From Paramecium tetraurelia (taxonomy: Eukaryota): a stretch of 64,000 bases of DNA. The notes under the pieces are model-generated. The model was not told where the DNA came from. It saw only the letters and a program-made list of their open reading frames with translations, and did not search any database. Made by a program: the position numbers and the translations under genes. Shown in pieces: positions 39,658 through 52,834 of this stretch (positions are counted from its first letter, which is position 1; each line of letters opens with the position of its first letter). The stretch covers positions 124,001 through 188,000 of the forward strand of contig CT868656.1 of NCBI GenBank assembly GCA_000165425.1, in the 5' to 3' direction.

Positions 39658-41115
39658 TCAATTATTAAAGTAATTTAAGATTTTGGTTGCTCTTTTTATA
39701 ATATTCTAATTTTGACTTTATACGCCTATATCATTTAGAAATTACAACAGATTGTATTATCTAAAATAATCGCTAAGTTTCTACTCAAATTCACTATGTT
39801 TCATGATAGCATAAGTTACTAAAATATGAATATAAGAGTTACATTTTAATAAAGATTTACACAACGCAAAATTATTGGTATCTTTGATTTCTTAAAAGTT
39901 AGACACAATTAGGCTCATTAATCCATTTTCGTAAATCTCAAGGCAATCTTCCAAGGTACTTTAGTCACAAATATAATAAAATGCTTCAATTTAATGGTAA
40001 AGTACTTTCTGATGCTCTAAATAATAGTTAATGTAATATATACCTTCTAATTTCACTATCTCTAAAAAGTTAATAGGTATTTTGTTGGAGTGAATATCAT
40101 TCATTATTTAACAATTTTTTATAGAAACTAAATTTTTCAAAGTTAATGATGCTTGCAAACGAATACAATTGTTAATTGAATTATAAGCAATGTGAAATTC
40201 CAAGACTTCCACTAACTAAAACAATATTTAAGGGCTTTTTTGAAGAATACTCAATTTTTATTTATCTGATTACTTTGATATTTCAGCAAGCACTTATAAA
40301 GCATTCAATCTTAAAGATGATGCATCTTATAATACGAATGCTGTTTATTAAACAATTTTCCAGATATTTTAATAATGAGTGATATTAAAAGCGAATTATG
40401 AATTTTGAATGAAACAACTAAGGAAATAAAAGATTTAAGAGAGAAGAGAATGTTAAACCTCATTCGATGTCTCCTCTTCTGATTCAATATCCATATCCAT
40501 ATAATTTATGAGAACTAATTTCTTACAAAGTTTTTCTAAAATTGTTAATAAGAGCAGCTTGTTCTGATCCGAATAACTATGAGCATCTGATTCTACAAAA
40601 ATAGTAATTAAGTACACTAATGATAACATGCAGTAGTCATCATACTCTATTTCAAAGTTTAACACCTTAAGTGCACTTTAAAAAGTATTCAATTCTAAGA
40701 GCCTACATTTGCAGATTTAAGACTTCTTAGCTATGGATCCTATAATGTATTGAAGTTCAGTGATTTGATTAAGATCCTATTCCTTCTCGTAAGCCTACAA
40801 TAATCTTTAACCAAGAAAATATTGCACAAAGGTATTTTCCAATTCCTCTTGCTCTGATGAATCCACTATTTATTATAACTACTCTAAACTTGAGTTTGTT
40901 AGTTCGCTATTGAAAATAGTGGACATTATTGAAGCGATATCTTTGGTGATAAAAATTTAATCTGGCTTAGGTGGTGAGCCATTGCTATTGATATGCAATT
41001 CATTTTAATGTGTTTAAGTAATAGATAGCATATGACGTCTAGCTTACATCAAATGAGCATCTAAACGTTGTCTCCTTATTTATTATCGAAATTATTCTTT
41101 TTTCAATTATAACAT
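39658..41115 (-). CDS. Divergent importin-alpha-like (IBB-like + helical repeats) protein
   Basis: N-terminal KKEQFRQQIRRQRLDAHLMQARR resembles an IBB domain. The remainder is leucine-rich and helical. Confidence 0.55.
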
Positions 41116-41939
41116 AAAATAATAATCAAAGAATTCTTAATTTTAGTTTAGATAAAGAACATAAACCACATAGATTCTGAAGGTTTGAATTCAATTGCAA
41201 ACGAATTTACTCTTTATTTTCCTTCCAACTTTTTCAAAATAGTAAATTAATCATTATTATCGCATAGAGCCAAAATTAAAATACTTTATAGATCTCTAAA
41301 ATAATTAAAATGGAGAGTCTAAGCAAATACACTTATTTTAAAAAATTGAGCCTTATTACCAGTAAAAGAGAAAAAGAATTCACAATACAGAAGGTTATTG
41401 AATATATTTTTACTTCATTTAGACTTACTATTGGGTAAGAAAAAATATAAAGTTTATTTTAAATTCTACAAACTTTCATAATATAATAGCAATTAAAATA
41501 AATTTTCTAATATGCTTTCAAATTTCAATATATGAATTCTGTCCATTCTCCGAAACTTTGATTCTCTTTGTTTTTTTGCATACTTCAATTAAACTTTAGA
41601 GATTTAAAAATAGATTAATTAATAAATATTCTTAATTCATTTTTAATAAGTAAAAATATTCCTTATACATTTTATTACTCTTTTAATCTTAAGCAGTTTG
41701 TTTTTCTCTTTGTTTACATATCAGAATTTCTTAAGAAATGAAATAATATTATTCACAATTCAAAATGCAAAATTTAATAAAGTATTGACACCATTTAGGT
41801 ATAGATTAAGGTCTCAGAGTTTATTAATTTACATCACTATTTGCTAAATAACTTATTATTTCAATCCATTTTGCTCTTCTTTATTCAATAATATGTATAT
41901 AAATAGGAGAATGATTATAATCTTAATTAATAGTTATAC

Positions 41940-42204
41940 TCAATTCTTGCGTATATTCTTATTTATTGGATATTAGGGTTCACCAGTGACCTCATCAAGA
42001 TCTGGAGCTGCTTCTTGCTAAACTATTTGAAAGTTATACTCTTGCTTCCAGAAAGAATTCATTATACCCTCTAAACACTGTATAGACATTGTAGGCAATG
42101 AGGCATAGGATTCCATTCACAACGTAAACATGAGCTTTGTTGGCCATCTTGAAACCTTTAGCTTCTGCCTTTGATAAAAGAGCATCCAATTTTTTCCAAA
42201 TCAT
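41940..42204 (-). CDS. Small single-TM protein (~80 aa), possibly COX14-like
   Basis: MANKAHVYVVNGILCLIAYNVYTVFRGYNEFFLEAR, a 22-nt intron, then TGA at 41940. Confidence 0.7.
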
Positions 42205-42334
42205 TATAAAAAATAACACAATTATATTTTAGAATATAAGAATTTTATAATATTTTAAAAGTATGAGATTTGACATTAAAAATTCTTTAGAATTAGTGGA
42301 ATAGTCATTTGTAGATCTGTCTTTTTAAATAAAT

Positions 42335-43376
42335 TCATTTCTTTTATAAAAATTTAAGTAATTAAGTTCCTTAAGTATTTTTTAAGCGACCATTTGATAT
42401 TTATTTTTACAATGCAATTAAATTCTTACCTACTTATTCAAAACTCTAACTAGAAACTGTTTATTCCTGTTTCTGGATGTCAAACTACAAGAGAATATTG
42501 ATTTAATAAACCTTAGTAAATGCTTTATATTTATTCATCTACAATTATTTCTCAGATGTTTAATGTTACAATTCATTGGATTTATCTGACCTTTATAGTT
42601 TGTGTCGCCCATTTTCTCTTAATCTTTCAGTTTCAGTAAGTTTTGATTCTGGAAATGGTTGGGTTTCATCATTTATTCGCTGCAACCCAAATTCTCGTTT
42701 TGCTGACAGATGTCTCCTTCCTTTGGACAAAGACCGATCAGCATCTGTGTGACAAGCCTTCAAGAAAGTCTTGAGATTCGTCTCATAAGTAGAATTTTGG
42801 GTATTCTTTGAAGCCTTGTTTTGTACGAATTTTCCGAGTCTCTCAAAAAAGGCGGAAGGACTTTTCTTATGGATAATTTCGACAGGAGAATTTTCTTATA
42901 GCTTTTTGTTTTAATCCTAGAAAAGTTGGATAGATACATTTATAATCAATTCTAGTGATCGAATTTTATCTTGTTGTTGTTGTATGTGGAGATCTTTCTC
43001 GAGAGTAATTTCTTCTAGTTTCTGCATCAATACTTCGATTTGCAATTTCTATTATTGTTCAACTCTTATATGGGACCGTATTGAAGCTTCAAGATTTTGG
43101 ATGATTGATTCATAATCATTGTTAATATGTTCATTTAGTTATTCTTCAAAGAGCATCTTGATGCTAGAAGGGTATTAAATAACATAGCAACCGATTCAAG
43201 TAGGCTACAATTTGAAGTATGTACTCATATTACTATATTTCAGACTATCCACAAATCTCCTGGGTAGTCGATTTATTCATTTATTGATAAGTTTCTACGA
43301 CATCCTAGAATGAAAATGATAGTACTTTGTCAATAATATCTAGTACATCCATTAATAGCTACTTTATACTTTGCAT
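42335..43376 (-). CDS. Coiled-coil hypothetical protein
   Basis: DYESIIQNLEASIRSHIRVEQQQKLQIE. Four tiny introns restore the frame. Confidence 0.75.
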
Positions 43377-43563
43377 ATATATATATAAATTAATAAAAAC
43401 AGCAAGATCCCAATGGTGTAGAAGAGCACTGTAAAAAGAATCGATTAGATAGTCTGATTTTGGTTGTAGTTTTGTTGTTTCTCGTATTAATAAGAAATTA
43501 ATTTGAAAAATTATGCAATAAAAGATGAGCACTATAATTTATAATTGATAAATTAATATAAAA

Positions 43564-45118
43564 ATGCTGAGTTTATACAGAAATCAGTTGATGGGAATTC
43601 AAAAGAAGGTACTTCTGATTGGAAGTGGTTTGATGGCAGAAGCTGTCATTGATTAATTATTGAAGAGAAATGACGTACTATTTTAATAAATTTTAAGAAT
43701 TTCGTTGTTGTTGCCTCTGCTCACGTGGATGATGCTAAAAAAGTGATCTAGAATAAGGAGAGATGTTCAGCTCATCATTTAGATGTGACAGAAACAGAGG
43801 AACTCAGAAAATTTGTTAAGAATTCAGATATTGTGATAGCCTACATTCCACCATAATTTATTGTTCCAATAGCCAAGATATGTGCAGAATTAGGGAGGTC
43901 GATGGTCACATCGCAATATACATTTCCAGAGATCAGAGCCTTGGAAGAAGAATGTAAGAAGAAGGGAATAATCATGTTGAATGAAATTGGTTTGGATCCA
44001 GGAATCGATCATTTGGCAACTGTTAAAGTGAGAGATGAAGTGTATTCAAAAGGTGGAAAGTAAGAAAGAGTATATAATAAATTTAAGAATCATCGAATAT
44101 GAGTCTTGGTGTGGAGGTGTCCCAAGTCCAGAGTTCTGTGATAACCCTTTTGGCTATAAATTTTCATGGAGTCCCTTTGCAGCCATAAGGAATGTCAACA
44201 ACGATGCCAAGTACTTAGAAAAAGGAGTTTAAAAGTATATTCCAGCTTCTGATTTACTTTACTCCACTGAAATAATTCATGTGAATCCATCACTGCAGAT
44301 GGAAGGATATCCAAATAGAGACAGTTTACCATATTAAGAATTGTACGGTTTGAAGGACTGTTAGAAACTAGTGAGAGGCACTTTAAGATATCAAGGACAT
44401 TGTGTATTGATGGCAGCAATGAAGGCTTTGGGATTCGCATCAGAGGAGGTTATCAAAGTTGATAGAGAGATGAGTTGGTTCGAATATTTACTGAGCAATA
44501 TAAGGTTTGAGTCTTGTTCGACTATGTTTTTGGCCAATCATCACATTACTCAATTGGCTAATACAATCGATTAGAAGGTGTTTACGTTAGCTTAATTGGA
44601 AACATTTTTGACTAAAGTGTTCAATCGTGTGTTCTCCTAATACTATTACAAAGATAAAAGTGAAGAATAATTATACAAGGATGCCGAATAAATAACTTAT
44701 ACTTTGAAGTGGATGGGCGTGTTTGATCCTAAAAACTTGATATTAAATAATGTCACTCATGTCCATAACTTTGCTGCTCATCTACAAACTCTTATGAATT
44801 ATAAATAGGGTGAAACTGATTTGGTAGCCATGTAACATATCTTCAAAATTGTCTATCCCAATGATCCCAGAGTGTATGTCAAAAAGTCCACTATGGTGAA
44901 GATTGGACATCGAAATGGAAAGTATTCTATCATTTATATTCTCTAGATCTGCCATGGCCATTACAGTGGGTGTCCCAACTGCTGTGGCTACTTAGTTGAT
45001 TCTGGATGGAGTGATCAAAGTCACAGGAGTTCACATGCCAAACATCTCAGAGATCAACACTCCGTTGTATGAGGAACTCAAGAAGGAGGGCATTTATTGT
45101 GAGGAGGAAGACTATTGA
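43564..45118 (+). CDS. Saccharopine dehydrogenase (glutamate-forming; LYS9 / SDH half of AASS)
   Basis: KVLLIGSG, NEIGLDPGIDH, SWCGG.P..DNPFGYKFSWSP, EGYPNRDS, RGTLRY, SAMAITVG. Three introns. Confidence 0.95.
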
Positions 45119-45242
45119 GATTGCAGTTATTCGAATATGTAGAGATTATTCCAATTTATTATTTTATCATGTTGTCTCTGTAAAAGAAATAAAAACGTAA
45201 TTAACATATGTAAATATATATTTATATGTTATACTAAACAAA

Positions 45243-45543
<301 letters not shown>

Positions 45544-45632
45544 TGAACTTGATTTAATTTTTAAATTTATTAATAACTATCTTCATTTTATATATTGCAA
45601 ATTTATATAGTACTTTTAATTTATGAATTTTA

Positions 45633-46630
45633 TCAGTTAAATCTTACAGCTTGTCTACATTTCGGACATTCTGATCGAGTCTTCAGCCAGTCAGAAATGC
45701 AAGCCTTATGAAAAACATGAAATTAATGGCAGTCCAATCTGATGAACTCTTCCCCTCCCACAAATTCCTATAGACATATTACACATTCATTATCCTCGCT
45801 TATTCGTTCCTATCCCACCGTTTCAACCTTCAATTTCTTAAGATTTTCTGTGCTGGCCCCACCTGAATTCCTTTTTTGAAGATTGCTCAAATTTAGACAA
45901 TAAGCAAAGGGTAGCACCAAGAGGTAAATCACCACTATCAATGTGGGAATCCCTATCGTTATATATCTCAGGATGAGGAAGGTGATAGCCACACCCCAAG
46001 TGAAATTAAATTCAGACTACCCTATTTCGCATTCCCCATACAAATTCCTATAAATTTACACCTATCCAAACATAAATACAACTATGTTCAATCTACCAAA
46101 TCAGGGACACATTAATACACAATCATCAAATATTTTATAAACTTGTATGAACTATGATAATCCGATATAGCATCCAACAAATATTTAGTATTAGCAAACG
46201 AAAATTCAGGATAGGGTAATCGATTCTCACCTTCACTCTAATGGATTTCAATCAAATCGTTATAGATTATCAATAGGAGGTATAAGATTCGAAAGGCTTC
46301 CTATTTTGATTTTAAAAAGTACAATCGTATTTACAATTATAGCCAAAATGAAAAATTCACTCAAAGTTGTATTTGCACAAGGCGGTGGCAACAAACCCAA
46401 GGCCAACAAAAATAGAAACAATTCCAAAAGGGAGAATGCCAATTTGAAGACTGATCTATTTCGTAGACTCTTATAAACATTTATTTGATTCGATCGAAAT
46501 GTCTACATATTTGGGTTGGTCTGAGTCAACTAGTTTTCTTAGCACTATCAAATTAAATCGCCTTACAATATTAAATGACATTGATCATCTGCTGATCGGA
46601 TAGTTATTCTTCAGGAGCTATTTGCTACAT
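45633..46630 (-). CDS. Transmembrane RING-H2 E3 ubiquitin ligase (start may be 46581)
   Basis: Several TMs, then CVICLQEF..LDCHQFHVFHKACISDWLKTRSECPKCR. Confidence 0.88.
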
Positions 46631-46675
46631 CAGTTTTGATTTCAGGTTTATATAATTTAAATATTCAATATTTCA

Positions 46676-47899
46676 ATGCGAAGAGTAGTTGTGACCGGAA
46701 TGGGAATGGTGTCTCCCTTGGGCTTGAATGTGTCTGAATCATGGAATAGCCTACTCGCAGGAAAGAGCGGAGTTGTGAGAGTGAAAGACAGAAATAAAGA
46801 TTTGCCAGATGTCTACATGGGACTCATACCATAATCATTTGATACCAAGCCCTATCAAGTAGAGTATTGTCCCAGCAATTTGACATCCTATGCTATGTGT
46901 GCTGCTCAAGAGGCCATAGCTGATTCGAATGTACTGAACGATTGTGATCCAGATAGAATTGTAATTTTATTCCATCTCACATTTTAGGGAGTCAATATCG
47001 GAGTGATGAATTCAAGCATGACTAAAATCACCGAAATCATTAGCAATGCAGCCTTGAAAGGTACTAGCAGAATCAATCCATTTACAATGCTCTATGTATT
47101 ATCCAATATGCCCACTGCCTTATTGACTATTAAATATAAGCTTAAAGGGCCCAGCAGCACAGCCTCAACTGCATGTGCAACAGGTGCTTCAGCTATCGGA
47201 GATTCTTTTAGAAAAATTAAGTATGGAGATGCTGATATCATGATTGCTGGAGGAACAGAAGATACTTTCAACACAACAGCCATCTATGCTTCAATCAAGA
47301 TGTAAGCTATGTCCACAAAAATCTATGATGATCCTACTAGAGCCTCAAGACCCTTTGATGAAGAGAGATCAGGATTCTTATTGGCTGAAGGCAGTGGAAT
47401 CTTGGTGTTGGAAGAGTATTCAAGAGCAAAGAGAAGAGGAGCCAAAATCTATGCTGAGATATTGGGATATGGAGAAAGTAGCGATGCTTTTCATCTGACT
47501 CGACCTCAGGATAATGGAGAGGGGGGCAGAGCTGCCATGTTAAAAGCACTGAAGGAAGCCAATATTAATGATGTCGATCTCATCAATTGTCATGCCACGT
47601 CTACCAAAGGAGGAGATATAGCAGAGGCTAGAGCCATAGCTGATTCGAAAGCTACTTTGGTTGCCAATAAAAGCCAATTGGGACACACCTTTGGAGCAGC
47701 TGGTGCCATCGAGTCGATTTTCACCATCAAATCTCTATAGGAATAAATTATTCCTCCCACTATCAATCTTGATAAACCCATTATTAGAGAGAATCAATAT
47801 TGCAAGGAGGCCACAGAGAAATCATTAAAATATGCTTTGAAAAATGCTTTTGGGTTTGGAGGTGTCAATGTTTCTCTAGCATTTGGTAAATATAATTGA
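46676..47899 (+). CDS. OXSM: 3-oxoacyl-ACP synthase II (FabF/OXSM, probably mitochondrial)
   Basis: [17 protein letters not shown] (Cys), SRPFD..RSGF..EG, HATST, KSQLGHT, NAFGFGG. One intron near 46961-46987. Confidence 0.96.
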
Positions 47900-48098
47900 T
47901 TATATTAATTTTATATTTATGAGTTGATTAGTCCTTTATTCCAACAATTATTTAATTATATCCATTGATTTAAATGATTTCATTGATTTGATTCAAAATT
48001 AGAGATAATAAATAAATAAATAGTTATCTTTCAGAAGAAACTCTAAATAAACACAAATATTATATATTATTATTATTATTTAACGATTTTAATATTGC

Positions 48099-49037
48099 AT
48101 GTCATCTGTACCCTCAATGAATTTGTTCAGTGGACCTGATTTCTAAAAGACAAGATCTCATTATCGTCCTTTTGGAACTTATCAATCAAATTACTATTCA
48201 TAACCTCCAAAATCATTATATCCAGAAAACTATTACTCCATGCCATCTTATCATGACTACTTAGCCTAACAAGCAAGACCAAATTATAATTAATCCTACC
48301 CTGAATACATTGATAAAGAGCATTATGTGCCCATCAAATATGAAAGTCCATTTTAAACACTTTACAAGTATGAAAAAACAAACCCTACTCCTAAAGATGC
48401 CTTTATTACTCCATATAGACCAAAAGAACCAACAGATGAAGAAATACAAGAGCATGTGCCTGTTATTGATCTAGTGATTGAACAACAAAGGTACTACACA
48501 CACTTTTCAGATCATGGTCTACCCAAAGGATATGCTGAAAAAGATTATCAAAGAGAATTAGAAGACAGATATAACAGAGATCTTACTTAACAAATTCACA
48601 ACGGCTATAAGTTAGAAGAAACTAGAACCAAAAAAGAAATTGATTAATTCTATAGAAATATTAAAGTAGCTGTTGATGAAAGAGGACGTGTTCAAATCAA
48701 CAATATTAGATAGCCATAACAAATTCCAAAGCCTCTTTCCACTATTTACAAGACTACTGAAGATACTGCAAAAGTGGCTAGCAATTTATAAACGTTTGAT
48801 AATAATGTTTATCAATAACATAACAAATAATCATAAGAACAATATCACAATCAATTTTAAGACTCGTTCAATCCTTATTCATAAAATCCACAATAACCAC
48901 AATAACAATAGTAGCCACTTCATACAGAAGAAAAGGCTCCATCCGAAAAAAATTCGGTGGTAATACCCATACCTGGTGATTCTAACTTATAATAATCACA
49001 ACTTGAATAATCCAAGGTAATTACTAGTAATGATTGA
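48099..49037 (+). CDS. Hypothetical Tyr/Pro/Gln-rich protein (312 aa)
   Basis: Continuous code-6 ORF with protein-like composition. Confidence 0.8.
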
Positions 49038-49788
49038 TATATTAAATATAAATTATCTTATTCATCAAATCTTTAGGTATAAATTATTAACATTTAATCA
49101 TTTATTTTATTATTTTGAATTACTTTTAAGTAATTTTTATTTTTATTTTATCAGCTAATAAACTGAAAAATTCCATTTAAATTTATTCAGTATCATAGTT
49201 AAAAAAATATGATTATTTCTTAAATTTGTTCATTATTATTTTCTGATAAAACTAATTATTTCATATTATTTTTGTTAAACTTTGAGTTGTAATTCCTAAT
49301 TAAACGTTTTATTTAAATTTTAATAGTATCAGTATTTTTCATTTCCTTAAATACAAAACAATAAATTTCTAATAAATATGCAATAGCACAGGATTGATAA
49401 TAAAAATAGTAGGTTCCCAAATATTATAACTTTTTGTGACCTACTTAATTGAGAAAGGCAGACATTGACAAAAATAGAAAAGTTGGGAGTTGAGCAGTTG
49501 AGAAATCATTTATAGTTTCAGCATTTTGTTGTAATGCTTATATAGTTATTTCAATTTTAATCAGAAGACCTCGATGCATTCTCTAATTTATATAGGTTTA
49601 CAAAAACAAAAAGATTGTGATTGCACCAATTATAAATAATACATGAAGCATGATGCAAAAAGATCAATCTAAAATTAAAGAAAAAAGAATATTTCTTTGA
49701 TTCTTTAAAGAATGACATCAATATCATCTGAATCAAACTCCAAAATGGGATATTAATTAATTCATATTAATTAATAGAAATATTGTTT

Positions 49789-52778
49789 TCATATTTTTAA
49801 TTGCATTTTTAACATTCTATTCTCTTCTTTAACTATATTACAATTTGCTTATTCGATACGCAACTATTGTAAATTGGTTTTTAATTGGTATTGTTTGTTC
49901 TCGAATTCTTACTCACATTGCTAAATATTAGTACAGTATTCATACATCCAAAAATTCGAAATATGATTTTACTTTCTCACTTAATGTCCCTTCATTTTGA
50001 ATTTGATAATTACAAAATCTCTTCACATTTATATTCTTAAAAAAATCCTCAAGGATTTGTGTCTCATTTACAAGTTATTGAAATTCTCTTTCCTTTTTAT
50101 CTAATTGCTGTTTCAATTGATTTGTAATATTGATATCCTTTCTTAATTTATTTATATCTGCCTAATACATAAGTTTTTCTTCATATTTTTGTTACATTAT
50201 ATTCTTTTCCTCATGTAGTTGCTTGTACTGTCTTTATAAAGTAGATAAATCAGTATTGAGCTTCTAATTGGCCTTCTGCAACATGAGAACATTATCAGAC
50301 AACTTCTTCTACTTGCTTTCATCTGTCTCATTCTGATTACAACATTATAACTATTAAATTGTTTATTCCAACTCTGATTTTAAAGTCGACAGTTCAATTT
50401 TAGTGGTACGGAGTCTTTGATATTAAAAAATAGTACTTGTCTATCTCTTCCAATGACTTAGATCTTTAAGTTTACTCTAATTTCAATTCAGATCTTAATT
50501 TTAATACTTCATTCTCCTTCATAATTAATTTTTAATTGATTATATCGAAACTATCAAGAAATCTACTCAACTTCTCCTTTTAATACTGGAACTCTTCTTT
50601 CAATTATCCATATTTCTAAACCCCTTCTAAATTTACTTTATTATTCTCTAATTCAACTTTTAATTCTTCATTTTATCTCTTAACCTCATCCAAATCAATC
50701 TAAGTTTAATGAAATAAATCAGAGTAATATAATTTTTAATCATTTAGCAACTAAGATTCTTATATTTGTTTATCGAATTGTGTCTAAACTTAATTGAATT
50801 TTGAGTTTAAAGAATTCTAAATAAATTCATTAGTTAATTATTTTGCTTCTAATTCCATTGTCGTATTCAACGAATTCAAGAATTCCATCTATTTTTACTC
50901 CATCTAAGTGAAATTCTCCTTCTCTTTTTTTAATACCTTTAATGATTTTAAAAATTTTTTTGACTTAAGTTTGCTTCTTTTCTTAAATTTTAACAGCTCC
51001 TTCAATTAATCTTTTATCAAAGTGTCCTTCTCTGCCATTTAAGTGTGAAGATTTGAACAATCTGATTACAATTTTAAGAGTAGAGATTTATTTAGTTCAA
51101 TATCATTTTATAATTTCTAAACTTCTTCACTCTAAAATTCAATAGTTTATGCATCTGTATCCATTTAATCCTTATTAATTTACAACTAGTCATTTAATTC
51201 AGTAATTTTATTCTCAAGTTCTTGAAGCTAATGAGCTTTGTCTTCTTAAAACATCTCCAATTAAGTCTCATATTACTAGGCCAAGTTGGTTTATTACTTG
51301 AATTAATCCAAAAGCATTTCCTTTTCTTTTTATAGTATTTCTATATTCTACTCTAATTAAGTGATAATCAATTATTATTCATTTCTTCTATGTTTCAAAA
51401 TAGTATCTTCTTGCTGAAGTTCCAAAATCCTTTAATTCAACTATTCATTCCTATATTTCAATTCCATTTAGATTTCTAATGCCTATTCCAATTATAAGTC
51501 TTTATCTTACATGCCTATTTATGAACATTTACGACTTTTAGTATTGTGATCTTCTAATTCAGTTATTCTGGATTCATAGTATTCTTTCATTTGTTTAAGT
51601 TCTTACGTTAGATGATCCTAATATTAGCTGCTTTCATTTAGTTGATAACTTAAACTAGTTATTTAAGAGATTAATTCCACTTCTTTTTATTTCTTAGGAA
51701 TAATCTCAGATTGATAAACGGATTATTATAATTCATTCTTCAATCGTTTTATTTCAGCTTTCAAAGAATCCAAATTACCACCAATTTCTTCATTTATCAT
51801 TACTTAATTCTTTATATTTTTTGCTCTAGAAGCAAATTTTAAAGTTCCTAGAGTTTCTTAAAATGAAGAACTAGCAGCAGATATCGTAGCTATCATAACA
51901 GTTTTGGAATTTCCTCCTAAACTTTCTCTTAAAAGAAATGTCAATTTACTATCTCTATAAGGGATAAATTTCTTTGCATTTTCAGCTAAAGAATTAATCA
52001 CTAAACCTAGGACAGTAAGAGACTTATTGATATTAGAAGCTTCTTTTAATCTTTCACCGGAGGCTGCTGTTAATTTTTATCTTTCACTACCAGCCAAATC
52101 AACAAAATTCATTTTACTTTTTCTTGTGTACATCCCTTTTGTTTGCTATTCCAATTATAAAGTGAATATGGAATGACTTCTTGAACTCTCCAAATTCATT
52201 TAAGTTGCAGAAACATGTCTATTGGCTAATCCCTTTTACATCACTGATAAAACATCACTAAAGGATGCAGCTGTAATTTCTGTAAGATTTTCAACATAGA
52301 CTCGTTTAGAATCTTCTCTGATTGTTAAAGGCATTGCTTTAGCATCATTTAAGAGATCAATCAATTATTCATTATAAATTTCTAAGTATGTACATTTGAT
52401 TGTCCAATTATTCTCCTTTGGCAATTTCTTAAATAATTGCTAAATCAATCGTGGTTATAATCCCAGATGTGAACTATCACTTGTTACATCATCACAACCT
52501 TTCCCTTGCATTGTATAAGTTTTGCCAGCACCTGTTTATCCATATGCAAAAATACAGCAATTCAAACCATCAAGAAATGATTGAAGTGTAGAATTCCCAA
52601 TTTTATCAAAGACTTGCTCTTGAGTTGAATCAGCACCCAATACATGATCATAAGTATACTCCTTCTTATTATCCAATGTAATGGAGTTAGCATTTGTAGA
52701 AATACAAGCATTAGCACCCAAATGAGCTTCTCTGTAATTCAATGGTCTCACTCTTACTAGGACTCGAATATTTTCCAT
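49789..52778 (-). CDS. Kinesin, KIF15/kinesin-12-like, with long coiled-coil tail
   Basis: [67 protein letters not shown]. Introns of 22 and 25 nt. Confidence 0.93.
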
Positions 52779-52834
52779 CAAATTTATGGGTATTTTAAAA
52801 TGTATTTTAACGAATTAATTTTTAAAATTAACAA

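Noticed and set aside
49100..49770. Hydrophobic minus-strand frame downstream of the kinesin
   Set aside because: No convincing start or family signal; may be a remnant.
52805..52815. TAACG Myb/MSA-like element in the divergent promoter (also TAACGG near 61154)
   Set aside because: Too short to distinguish from chance without a genome-wide enrichment test.
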